64,000 bases of DNA, from NCBI GenBank assembly GCA_028714455.1, contig JAQTMG010000002.1, forward strand, positions 38,047 to 102,046. Direction: 5' to 3'. This document shows positions 39,685 to 48,440 of this stretch, one piece after another. This stretch comes from Patescibacteria group bacterium. Lineage in GTDB: Bacteria; Patescibacteriota; Patescibacteriia; CAIXNZ01. Both the position numbers and the translations under genes were made by a program. The notes below the pieces were generated by a model. That model searched no databases, was not told the DNA's origin, and saw nothing but the letters and a program-made list of their open reading frames with translations. Position 1 is the stretch's first letter, and each line of letters opens with the position of its first letter.

Positions 39685-40284
39685 TTACATTTCTTTTCTA
39701 TTTTTAATGGCGCTGGAAAGGGTGATTTCGTCTGTATATTCCAGATCAGAGCCGACTGGCATACCGCGCGCCAGGCGGGTTATTTTTACTTTAAACGATT
39801 TTAAAAGATTATTCAGATAAATCATGGTGGCTTCGCCCTCCATATCGGGATTAAACGCCAAAATAATTTCAGCCACCTTGTTTTTTTGCAGTTTGGCCAA
39901 TAAGTCATCAAATTTTAGGCGGTCAGGTGTCATGCCCGAGAGCGGATCAAGCACGCCGCCCAAGACATGATAAACGCCCTTGAATTCTCCAGTATTTTCC
40001 ACGGCCGCCAGATCATGCGGCTCGGCTATGATGCAGATTAACTTATGGTCCCGATTTTTGTCAGCACAAATAGCGCAAGGATCTTTTTCCGAGATATTAT
40101 GGCAGATCGAACATTTAACAACAGAATTATTAATCTGGTTTAGAGAAAGAGCAAATTCGTCAATCTCATTTTTATTTTGTTTCAGCAAAAAATAAACCAG
40201 GCGCTCGGCTGTCTTGGGTCCGATGCCAGGCAGTTTGCAAAACTGATCGATTAAATCTTGAATTGGTTTGGGAAACTTGATCAT
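39685..40284 (-). CDS. recR: recombination protein RecR
   Basis: LPGIGPKTAERL, C4 zinc finger, YHVLGG, TRLARG.PVG.DLEY. Confidence 0.96.
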   Translation of the reverse strand: MIKFPKPIQDLIDQFCKLPGIGPKTAERLVYFLLKQNKNEIDEFALSLNQINNSVVKCSICHNISEKDPCAICADKNRDHKLICIIAEPHDLAAVENTGEFKGVYHVLGGVLDPLSGMTPDRLKFDDLLAKLQKNKVAEIILAFNPDMEGEATMIYLNNLLKSFKVKITRLARGMPVGSDLEYTDEITLSSAIKNRKEM

Positions 40285-40506
40285 GGTTGAGGGTTAATGG
40301 TGGAGAGTAGAGAGTTTGGTTGAGAGTGATTGGTTGAGCGAACCCAATATCTAATAACCAATTACTCAACGCCTCACGCTCCACTCTGTACGCTCTACTA
40401 TTTCATTATTTTATCTGAAAAAAATCATTTTTACAAGCTGGTCCTTGATATATTTTTAATTATTTGATAATATTTGAGACATAAAATCAAAACGAGGGGG
40501 TTTAAA

Positions 40507-40614
40507 ATGAAGTACGCACTTATTGGTTTGTTTGGTGGGAGCGCACTCGTCATCATTTTCTTTATTGCCAGGCGCATCAAAGAGAGCGGCAAATATAATG
40601 ACCTGGTAAAATGA
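40507..40614 (+). CDS. 35-aa single-TM small protein, not in the ORF track
   Basis: MKYALIGLFGGSALVIIFFIARRIKESGKYNDLVK; GAGGGG SD; TTGATA-N17-TAATAT; terminator 40621-40648. Confidence 0.65.
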   Translation: MKYALIGLFGGSALVIIFFIARRIKESGKYNDLVK

Positions 40615-40748
40615 ACCCGCGGCTCTGGGCTTAGCCCAGAGCTTTTCTTATTGACAAAATTATTTATCTGTGATACATTTTTATATTCAGTTTTTTAAAA
40701 GAAAGAATAATAATTTTAAACCGCCCAAAAGGGCAAAGGAGGCATTCG

Positions 40749-41198
40749 ATGACCCTGGTTTTGTTGATGGTTTTCGCAATCGGCTTGGTTACGCTGATGG
40801 TGGTCACTCGCAAAAAGCGCGGCATCAACCAGGTCAGCGGGTTTTCCGCGACCAATCTTTACCGCGCGGTGGTTGACCCGGCCGAGCTCAAAGAGCGGGC
40901 CCGGACCATCAAAATCATGAACAAACGCCTGCGCTGGGCCAGACATCGGTTGGAACAGCCGCACCTGTGCAAAAAGGCCAAGCTGAAACGCGCCCTTCGG
41001 TATATCCAGGAAGCGCATCGGCATGAATTGTCCGAGATCCGATCCTGCGCTCGCACGCTGGTGAACCTGTTTGGCCGGTATGCCGATGCCAAGATCAGGC
41101 ACCAGCTGGACATGACGCTGAAACCGTCCGCACCCGCCCCGCTGACCAGCAAAAGCAAAGTCGAGGAACTCATCGTTTCCCTGGCCAACGCGGCCTAA
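40749..41198 (+). CDS. basic hypothetical protein with N-terminal TM (SD-class unit)
   Basis: TTGACA-N17-TACATT at 40651; AAGGAGG SD; terminator near 41208-41240. Confidence 0.65.
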   Translation: MTLVLLMVFAIGLVTLMVVTRKKRGINQVSGFSATNLYRAVVDPAELKERARTIKIMNKRLRWARHRLEQPHLCKKAKLKRALRYIQEAHRHELSEIRSCARTLVNLFGRYADAKIRHQLDMTLKPSAPAPLTSKSKVEELIVSLANAA

Positions 41199-41241
41199 TC
41201 TCAACGTAAAGAGGGTTGAATCTTCAACCCTCTTTTTTTGT

Positions 41242-42645
41242 TTAAAATTGTATTTCCGGAGCAAAGTTCGGCGGCGGCGAGTTAAAGCTTTTGTGCTCCA
41301 AATCGCGGAAGCTGACTTTTTGCTCATCAAAGAATAATTTTATAATGCCAGTCGGGCCGTTTCGGTGTTTGGCAATATGAATCTCGGCCACATTTTTTCT
41401 GTCTAGCTCTAGGTCGGGTTTATAAACTGATTCGCGGTAAATAAACATGACAATGTCAGCGTCTTGTTCAATTGAGCCAGATTCTCGCAGATCAGATAAT
41501 TTTGGGATAGGCGGATTTCTTGATTCCACGCCTCGATTTAACTGCGAGAGCGCTAGAACAGGCACGTTTAATTCCTTGGCGATCTGTTTTAAGCCGCGGG
41601 AAATTTCAGAAATTTCCTGGACTCGATTATCTGTTCTAAAGGCGCCTTCCATTAATTGCAAATAATCAATGACAATTAAGCCCAGACCGTGTTCCATTTG
41701 CAAACGTCGAGCCTTGGTTCGGATATCCATAATCGTGGCTACGGCCGTGTCATCAATATAAATAGGGGATTCTGACAAAACGCCCATGGCGTGTCCGATT
41801 CTGGGAAAATCATCATCTTCATCTCGGTCAGAAAGCTTGCCAGTTCTCATTTTCCATAAATCAACGTTGGCTTCGGCGCAAAGCAAGCGGTCAACCAGCT
41901 GCTCCTTGGACATTTCCAGTGAAAATAAGCCGACTGGCACTTTATGTTTGGTCGCCACGCCTCGGGCGATATCCAGGGCTAAAGAAGTTTTACCGACAGA
42001 AGGTCTGGCTGCCAAAATAATCAAATCGGATTTTTGCAAGCCGGCCAGATGATTGTCTAGATCCTTGAAGCCGGTGGGAATACCGCGCAACTTGCCTCTC
42101 TCTTTGTGCAGTTCGTCGATTCTTTCAAATGTTTCATTTAAAATATTTGTAATCGGCACAAACATCTGTTTCTGATGACTTTGGGAAACGGAAAATATTT
42201 TCTGCTCGGCTTTATCCAAAATATTTCTAACCTCGTCTTCTTCGTTATAGCCCATCTCCGCCATCTCGCTGGCCGCTTTGATCAAGTTGCGCAAGGTGGC
42301 TTTTTTTTGAACTATCTCGGCGTAATTAACCACGTGGCTTGAGGTCGGCACGGCATTGCTCAAAGAAATCAAATAGGTTCGACCGCCGATTTCTTCCAGC
42401 TTGCCTTTTTCTTCCAAGCGATTGGCCAGAGTCAATAAATCAATGGGTTCGCGTTTAGCATACAAATCAATCATGGCCTCAAAAATTATTCTGTGTTTGT
42501 CAAAATAAAAATCTTCAGCCTCAACAATGTCAGCCACTCTGATGATGGCGTCTTTATCAATTAAAAGCGAGCCGATTAATGATTGCTCGGCTTCACCGTT
42601 TTGAGGCGGTAATTTTTGGAGTATTTCCTGGTCTTTCTTGGACAT
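41242..42645 (-). CDS. dnaB: replicative DNA helicase
   Basis: AARPSVGKT, IDYLQLM, LSQLNR, DLRESGSIEQDAD, KHRNGP. Confidence 0.97.
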   Translation of the reverse strand: MSKKDQEILQKLPPQNGEAEQSLIGSLLIDKDAIIRVADIVEAEDFYFDKHRIIFEAMIDLYAKREPIDLLTLANRLEEKGKLEEIGGRTYLISLSNAVPTSSHVVNYAEIVQKKATLRNLIKAASEMAEMGYNEEDEVRNILDKAEQKIFSVSQSHQKQMFVPITNILNETFERIDELHKERGKLRGIPTGFKDLDNHLAGLQKSDLIILAARPSVGKTSLALDIARGVATKHKVPVGLFSLEMSKEQLVDRLLCAEANVDLWKMRTGKLSDRDEDDDFPRIGHAMGVLSESPIYIDDTAVATIMDIRTKARRLQMEHGLGLIVIDYLQLMEGAFRTDNRVQEISEISRGLKQIAKELNVPVLALSQLNRGVESRNPPIPKLSDLRESGSIEQDADIVMFIYRESVYKPDLELDRKNVAEIHIAKHRNGPTGIIKLFFDEQKVSFRDLEHKSFNSPPPNFAPEIQF

Positions 42646-42655
42646 AAGATATGGA

Positions 42656-42723
42656 TAACCACGAAATTTTATTCACGAAAAACACTAAATTTTCGTGAGT
42701 TTTTGTGTAATATTTTCGTGGTT
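42656..42723. repeat. inverted degenerate CACGAAA/TTTCGTG repeat pair with no cargo gene
   Basis: AACCACGAAA...CACGAAA...CACTAAA / TTTCGTG...TTTCGTGGTT. Confidence 0.7.
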
Positions 42724-42850
42724 CATCTTTCAGCTATTTTATCTTAACCATTTTAGCAAACTTTGACAAGTAATTAAATGTTTAGAAGTTGTTGACAAAA
42801 ATGTGGATTTTGGATAAGCTTTTTTTATCAATAAAGTATAAGGAGGACAG

Positions 42851-43240
42851 ATGAGTGAATGTCAGAATTTGGCCTTGAATTTAAGCCAGGAAGTGTTACT
42901 CGAGAAGCAAAGAGAGGCAAGGAAGCGACAGGAAAAGGTCGGTAAGCTCTTTGAGAAGGCGACGAAAATTCTGCGTAAGGCCGGATACGATGGCAAAACG
43001 GCGCGGGAATTGGTGTTATTCATCACGAACCTGATTGTTCACCTTGGAATATCCAGAAGCAGTTTTGAAAAGGCTCATTTCAAGTTGAGTGATCAGGGCG
43101 CAACGCGCATGGGAAAAAAAATTATTTTCCAGATACTTGATTTGATCGAGGAAGGGAAAAAAAATGGGAAGCTTCTTGAGAAGCTCGAGGTGGAGATCGA
43201 TGAGCTGAAAGCGGTAATCGAAAAATTAGGGCAGATGTAA
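42851..43240 (+). CDS. hypothetical protein (SD-class unit)
   Basis: TTGACA-N17-TAAGCT (42792-42820); AAGGAGG SD. Confidence 0.7.
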   Translation: MSECQNLALNLSQEVLLEKQREARKRQEKVGKLFEKATKILRKAGYDGKTARELVLFITNLIVHLGISRSSFEKAHFKLSDQGATRMGKKIIFQILDLIEEGKKNGKLLEKLEVEIDELKAVIEKLGQM

Positions 43241-43322
43241 TTCTGCCCTTTTCATTTGACAAAAATGACATTTTTAGATAAGATTTTTCTAGCTCTTTTA
43301 AAAAAAGAAAAAAGGAGGAAAG

Positions 43323-44807
43323 ATGATTAAAAGGTATGTTAACAAAAAAATCGAGGAAATCTGGGCACTTGGGAAAAAGTATGAGCTGTGGCTCATGCTT
43401 GAGCTGACTGTTATCAGGATCAGGTGCGCAATGGGTATGTTTCCAAAATATACCCATGAAAAAATTTGTGACGCCTTAGGTGAGATTGAATTTGGTGACA
43501 AGCAAATCGCCGAAATTGCAGAGATTGAGAAAAAGACAAAGCATGACCTCAATGCTTTTATCGAGTGGATAAAAGCACGTCTGCCCGTTGATCTTCGCAT
43601 GTACATACATTGGAAGATGACATCATATGATACTGAAGAAGCGCCGTTTAGCCTGATGCTGCTCGAATCCTTTGATCTTGTAATTCAGCAATGTGATCAT
43701 CTTTGCGACGTGCTTCATGAAATGGTCTATAAATACCGCTATGTGCCCATGCTTGGACGCACGCACGGTCAGGAAGCCAAACTCCAGTCCTTTGGTCTGC
43801 GCGCTCTGCGCTGGTACCTTGCGCTGGATGAAGCACGACAGCAGCTTCTTGATTCGCAGAAAGAAATTAAGCTTTCAAAGCTAAGCGGTGCGATCGGCAA
43901 CTACCAGGGGATCACTCCAGAAGAAGAGGACGCAGTGCTGCGTTCGCTCGGACTCAAGCCTTTTGTTGGCGCATCACAGATTATGCCTCGTATTTTGCAC
44001 CAACCTCTTGTCAATGCCTTGCTTATGATCGTGGGCAGTTTGACTCAGATTGCCGAAGATATCAGAATCGCGGCGCGCAGCGGACTGCCGCTCATGCAGG
44101 AATTTTTTGACAAGGGCCAGATGGGATCATCGGCCATGCCCCACAAAAAAAATACCATCACCTGTGAAAATCAAATCGGCACGTGGCGCATGGCCAAAGG
44201 CTATGGCAATATGCTAAGAGATTGCATGTTAACTTGGGAAGAGCGTGCTATTGAGCAATCCTGTGTCGAGCGTGTTGCCTGGCCAGATCTTTTCCATGTA
44301 GTTATGCAGTCTTTCAAAAACATGGCAAGCGTGCTCGAACGCCTGCAGGTTTTCCCAGATCATATGATGCTGGAAATCGACAACTCGCACGGCTGCTATG
44401 CCTCGGAAGAAGCAAAAGAGCTGCTCAAGGAATTTGGCCTGATCGATGAGGCTTACAAAATTGTGCAGCTCGCCGCGGCCAATGTCCATGAGCATGGCCA
44501 GGTTCTGAGCGATTACAGAAAGCAGCTGCAGGCCAGTTCGGTCGAAGGATATCCGGATATCGATGATGCTGTGCTGCTCGGCAAGCATTACCGAAGTGAA
44601 GAAGTCGACTCGATCAATCGAGTGATCTCGCAGGGCGATCTGCGCCCCGCAGAGGCGCTTGGGCACAGCGAAGAGACAGTCAGCGCCTGGAATAAAAAAC
44701 TCAAGGAAATCTTTGCTGACCCGAAAAAGCTGGAAAAGTGGAACGAGGTTTTTACCATCACCTTCCAGCTGCGTAACGAATCATTTATTTTTGAAACGCA
44801 CAAGTAA
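43323..44807 (+). CDS. purB: adenylosuccinate lyase
   Basis: TKHD, GRTHGQ, SGAIGNY, GSSAMPHKKN. Confidence 0.93.
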   Translation: MIKRYVNKKIEEIWALGKKYELWLMLELTVIRIRCAMGMFPKYTHEKICDALGEIEFGDKQIAEIAEIEKKTKHDLNAFIEWIKARLPVDLRMYIHWKMTSYDTEEAPFSLMLLESFDLVIQQCDHLCDVLHEMVYKYRYVPMLGRTHGQEAKLQSFGLRALRWYLALDEARQQLLDSQKEIKLSKLSGAIGNYQGITPEEEDAVLRSLGLKPFVGASQIMPRILHQPLVNALLMIVGSLTQIAEDIRIAARSGLPLMQEFFDKGQMGSSAMPHKKNTITCENQIGTWRMAKGYGNMLRDCMLTWEERAIEQSCVERVAWPDLFHVVMQSFKNMASVLERLQVFPDHMMLEIDNSHGCYASEEAKELLKEFGLIDEAYKIVQLAAANVHEHGQVLSDYRKQLQASSVEGYPDIDDAVLLGKHYRSEEVDSINRVISQGDLRPAEALGHSEETVSAWNKKLKEIFADPKKLEKWNEVFTITFQLRNESFIFETHK

Positions 44808-44851
44808 AAAATAAGCCCCCGTACCAAGTGGTAGGGGGCTTTTTAGTTTGT

Positions 44852-46627
44852 TCAGTGTTTGGCAAAACCGCGGTTGATTTTGTCGACAAAGATGACTGAA
44901 AGTCCTGTCTGGCCAAAGAGCTCGATGACTTTGGGAAGTTCTTTCCCGTCAGCCACCACCACTCCGCCTTTGCAGCCCGCGTCAATCAGCAGCTCCGTGC
45001 CTTCGCGGTTGTCATATTTGGCAATAAAGAGGCTCAAACCTCCCAGCGTAGCCAATACTCCTTTCGGTTTGCCAACTTTCTGACAATAGTATGCGTATTC
45101 GATGAATTCCCCGTCTGCATTATCAATGAAATCAGACATATCTTCCAGGTTTGGTTCCGGGCTGCTTGCGTATGGGAAAAACGCATCAGAGGCAAACATG
45201 GAACCGTCCGTGTCATGTCCTGCTCGGGTCGCTCTTTCCAGGCAGAGGCGCACGCAAGTGATTCTATCCTGTTGGCCGCAACCGAGCGCGATGAGCGCGC
45301 TGTCCTTGGCCAGGGCTACGGTGTTGGAACTCGCGTTCCAACAGATTGCCCAGGCGATGAGCAGGTTTTCGAGGTCAGCAGCTTCGACGGCTGGTCCGAC
45401 AGATGTCTCGTATGAATCCATGGTTAGGACGTAAGGATAGACTCTCTGGCGCAGGAACCCGCCACGTACCGGCTTATACATCCAGGCGTCGTTCGGCAGA
45501 GTCGGGTTGATCAAGGCCGGGTTGGAAAGTAGGCGCCTTTTTTTGGCTTTCATGAGTTCGCAGGTGTTTGCGGAAAATTCAGGCGCGATGATCAGGTCAA
45601 GACCCCAACGCTCGCGGCCGAGATTGAAATCGGCCGGCGGCTTGTGCAGGGCCTTGCCGAGTTCGTCACTGATAGGGAAGTTGGTGATGACCTCGCCGCC
45701 CATGACAGCGACTTTGTCGCCGATGAGCGCTTTGAAAATGGCTCGTGCCGGATCATGCCAGTCGATGGCCGCACCACATGGGTTGCCGTGTTTGCCGGCA
45801 ATGACGATGTAGGGCACTTTGCCGAAATTCCGGCGAAATGCCTCGACCAACACGCACATAATCTGGAGTACGCCGTTGCCGTCGGCCATGGCAATGTAGC
45901 TGGGATCACCGACCTCGACTTTGAATTTGTCCAGAGCCAGCGGATCGTCATTGCCAAAGGAAAAAAGCGTGGCCGGATTTTGGCATTTGTTCTCGCCATA
46001 GGCCAGATCGAGCGCTTTTTTGCCCACATTTCCGTCGATATCACCGTCGCTGTGATAGCGCGCCGAATCCAGGCAATATTTGGCGACTTCGCCTTCTGCC
46101 TTGGCGCGCAGGCGCTGAATGCTTTCGGGCTTGAGTTCGTTGTTGTTGGCCCGAAGTTCGTCCAGCACCCAGCCTCTGTCCGCCGGGTCGCAGATGACGA
46201 TGCGACCGCCTTTGGCAGCCGAACGCACCATGGTCGGCCCGCCGATGTCAGTCATCTCAATGACCGATTCAATGGTTGCATCTGGCTTGGCGATGGCGTT
46301 AGCCAGCGGATAAAAATCGCAGCAGACCAGATCGATGTAGGGCAGCCCGAGATTTTCCATTTCTTCCAGGTCAATATTATAACGTGCCAGCAGACTGGCA
46401 TGGAGTTCTCGCGAGAGCGTGACCACACGGTGACCCAGGATTGCTTTGCCACCGACTAATTCGGCCACATCAGTGACTTTGAGACCAGCTTCTTTTAGAA
46501 CCTTGGCCGTGCCGCCCGAAGAAAGAATTCTCCAGCCCATTATGCTTAGATCTTGGGCAAACCCCTTAATTCCGGCTTTGTTGAAAACCGAGATCAAAGC
46601 AAACTTATCTCCTTTTTCAAAAATCAT
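44852..46627 (-). CDS. purH: bifunctional AICAR transformylase / IMP cyclohydrolase (divergent)
   Basis: ALISV, SSGGTA, DIGGPTMVRSAAK, YGEN, KHGNPCG, ASDAFFP. Confidence 0.9.
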   Translation of the reverse strand: MIFEKGDKFALISVFNKAGIKGFAQDLSIMGWRILSSGGTAKVLKEAGLKVTDVAELVGGKAILGHRVVTLSRELHASLLARYNIDLEEMENLGLPYIDLVCCDFYPLANAIAKPDATIESVIEMTDIGGPTMVRSAAKGGRIVICDPADRGWVLDELRANNNELKPESIQRLRAKAEGEVAKYCLDSARYHSDGDIDGNVGKKALDLAYGENKCQNPATLFSFGNDDPLALDKFKVEVGDPSYIAMADGNGVLQIMCVLVEAFRRNFGKVPYIVIAGKHGNPCGAAIDWHDPARAIFKALIGDKVAVMGGEVITNFPISDELGKALHKPPADFNLGRERWGLDLIIAPEFSANTCELMKAKKRRLLSNPALINPTLPNDAWMYKPVRGGFLRQRVYPYVLTMDSYETSVGPAVEAADLENLLIAWAICWNASSNTVALAKDSALIALGCGQQDRITCVRLCLERATRAGHDTDGSMFASDAFFPYASSPEPNLEDMSDFIDNADGEFIEYAYYCQKVGKPKGVLATLGGLSLFIAKYDNREGTELLIDAGCKGGVVVADGKELPKVIELFGQTGLSVIFVDKINRGFAKH

Positions 46628-46831
46628 TGTCCCTCCTTTTGGTTTTGATTTAGTTTTCCAAACACTTTATATTTTAACTTTAGTTTTTAGCTAAAGATTG
46701 TAAAGAACCGATGGCTGTACCTTAAACAAAATTTTGATAAATGTCAATGTTTATATTGACAAAACACATTAGAGTTGGTAAGGTCATTTCAGATTTTGTT
46801 CTATAAAAAAAGGAAAAAAGGAGGAAAAAGA

Positions 46832-48289
46832 ATGGCAAAGATCCCAAAGGGGCTTGAGTCCCCGGAATTCGGTGGTCTAAAATTGATTTCAGACGGTAAG
46901 GTCAGGGGCACGTATGTTTTTAAGGATCAACATCCAAGCCCTTTAGTGCAATTGGCGACTGACCGCATTAGCATTTTTAATTTCATCCTCAACGCCAAAG
47001 TGCCACAAAAGGGAGAGATTCTGACGGCTATGACTATTTTCTGGCTGGAAAAGGTGCTGAAAAATTTCAAATCGCATCTTGATTTTTTTGGATCGTCTTG
47101 CGGAATTATGCTGCCTGTCGGCGCATATCGTGAGGATCCCGACTTGTGGAAAAGGGTCTTGATAATCCAAAATTTGATTCTGCCGCCGATTGAGGCCATT
47201 GTCCGCGGTTATTTGACCGGCTCTGGCTGGAAATCGTACCAAAAGTCAGGTGAATGCTACGGCCACAAGTTGCCCGAGGGACTCTGGGATGGAGCTAAAT
47301 TGCCATTTCCCATTTTTACGCCCACGGAAAAATCCGAGGACGATGCGCCAATCAGCCATGAAGAAGTGGTCAAGCGGTTTGGCGGCACCATGGAAAGAGT
47401 GTCCATGCAGGCCTACTGGCAGGCATTGGACTTCGCCATTTCGCGTGGCATTATCCTGGCCGATACTAAATTCGAGATGACCAACGATGGCATCATCGGC
47501 GATGAGGTAATCACACCTGATTCCAGCCGCTTCTGGGATTTGAAGGAGTGGCAGAAACTCGTCGCGGAAAAGAAATCGCCGACCTCATTGGACAAAGAGT
47601 TTGTCCGGAAGTGGGGCAAGAGCGTGGGCATTCATGAGCTTGATCCCAAAAGCCTGGAACACATCGCTCGGGTGGAATCAATCCTTGTACCCACGGACGT
47701 CATTGAGAACACCAGGCGCATCTATCGCTACATTTTCTGGCGCTTGACTGGCAAAAAATTGGAAGTCTTCCAGAGCGAAGTGATGAACATTCCCGACGTC
47801 AGTATGCCCAGGGTCAAGATCGCTATCGTCATCGGCAGCCAATCAGATCTTCTTCAGTGCCAACCAGGCAGGGATTTTCTGCTCGGCCAAATGCAGAGGG
47901 GAAATTGCAACGTTGATTTCAATATCATCAGCTGCCACAGAAATCCAAAAGAGCTGCTCGGCTTTGTTCAAGAAGAGTCGACACCAGATGTTGTTATCGC
48001 CGGAGCTGGCATGGCCGCGGCTTTACCCGGTATCTTAAAATCTCTGTACGTCTCTGGAGGAAAGGCTGTGCCAGTCATCGGTGTAGCCTTTGAAGGCAAG
48101 AATAATGCCGAAACATTGGCAGCCCAACTCTCAATCGAAAAGCTGCCCGGCAGTCCAGTAATTCTCGGTCCGGATGGAGTATTTACCGGAGGGGAAGGAT
48201 TTATGGCTGCTTGCAAGTACGCGCTGGAAAGTGAATTTCAGCCCGAGGCGCCGAAAGAACAGAAGAAGGCATGCCTTCACATGAAATAA
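46832..48289 (+). CDS. purC: SAICAR synthetase fused to a C-terminal PurE (AIR carboxylase/mutase) domain
   Basis: GKVR, TDRIS, ADTKFE, TPDSSRFW, DKEFVR; then GSQSD, SCHRNP, AGAGMAAALPG, PVIGV. Confidence 0.9.
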   Translation: MAKIPKGLESPEFGGLKLISDGKVRGTYVFKDQHPSPLVQLATDRISIFNFILNAKVPQKGEILTAMTIFWLEKVLKNFKSHLDFFGSSCGIMLPVGAYREDPDLWKRVLIIQNLILPPIEAIVRGYLTGSGWKSYQKSGECYGHKLPEGLWDGAKLPFPIFTPTEKSEDDAPISHEEVVKRFGGTMERVSMQAYWQALDFAISRGIILADTKFEMTNDGIIGDEVITPDSSRFWDLKEWQKLVAEKKSPTSLDKEFVRKWGKSVGIHELDPKSLEHIARVESILVPTDVIENTRRIYRYIFWRLTGKKLEVFQSEVMNIPDVSMPRVKIAIVIGSQSDLLQCQPGRDFLLGQMQRGNCNVDFNIISCHRNPKELLGFVQEESTPDVVIAGAGMAAALPGILKSLYVSGGKAVPVIGVAFEGKNNAETLAAQLSIEKLPGSPVILGPDGVFTGGEGFMAACKYALESEFQPEAPKEQKKACLHMK

Positions 48290-48334
48290 AGAATCTTAAA
48301 ACGGCGATCATCTGGTCGCCGTTTTTTCTTTTTG

Positions 48335-48420
48335 CGCGCTCCGTCATTCCGAATGTGATGAGGAATCTATTACTCCAAAAAGTCATAGATCCTTCGCTTC
48401 GCTCTGGATGACGGAGCGCG
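48335..48420. repeat. REP-like stem-loop, family A copy 3
   Basis: CGCGCTCCGTCATTCCGAATG...GCTCTGGATGACGGAGCGCG. Confidence 0.85.
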
Positions 48421-48440
48421 TTTCTGTTAAAATAAAGTTC

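Noticed and set aside
45644-46459. 271-aa plus-strand ORF and other long antisense ORFs (e.g. 54207-54989, 40716-41330)
   Set aside because: Shadow frames of well-supported genes in GC-richer sequence; no motifs
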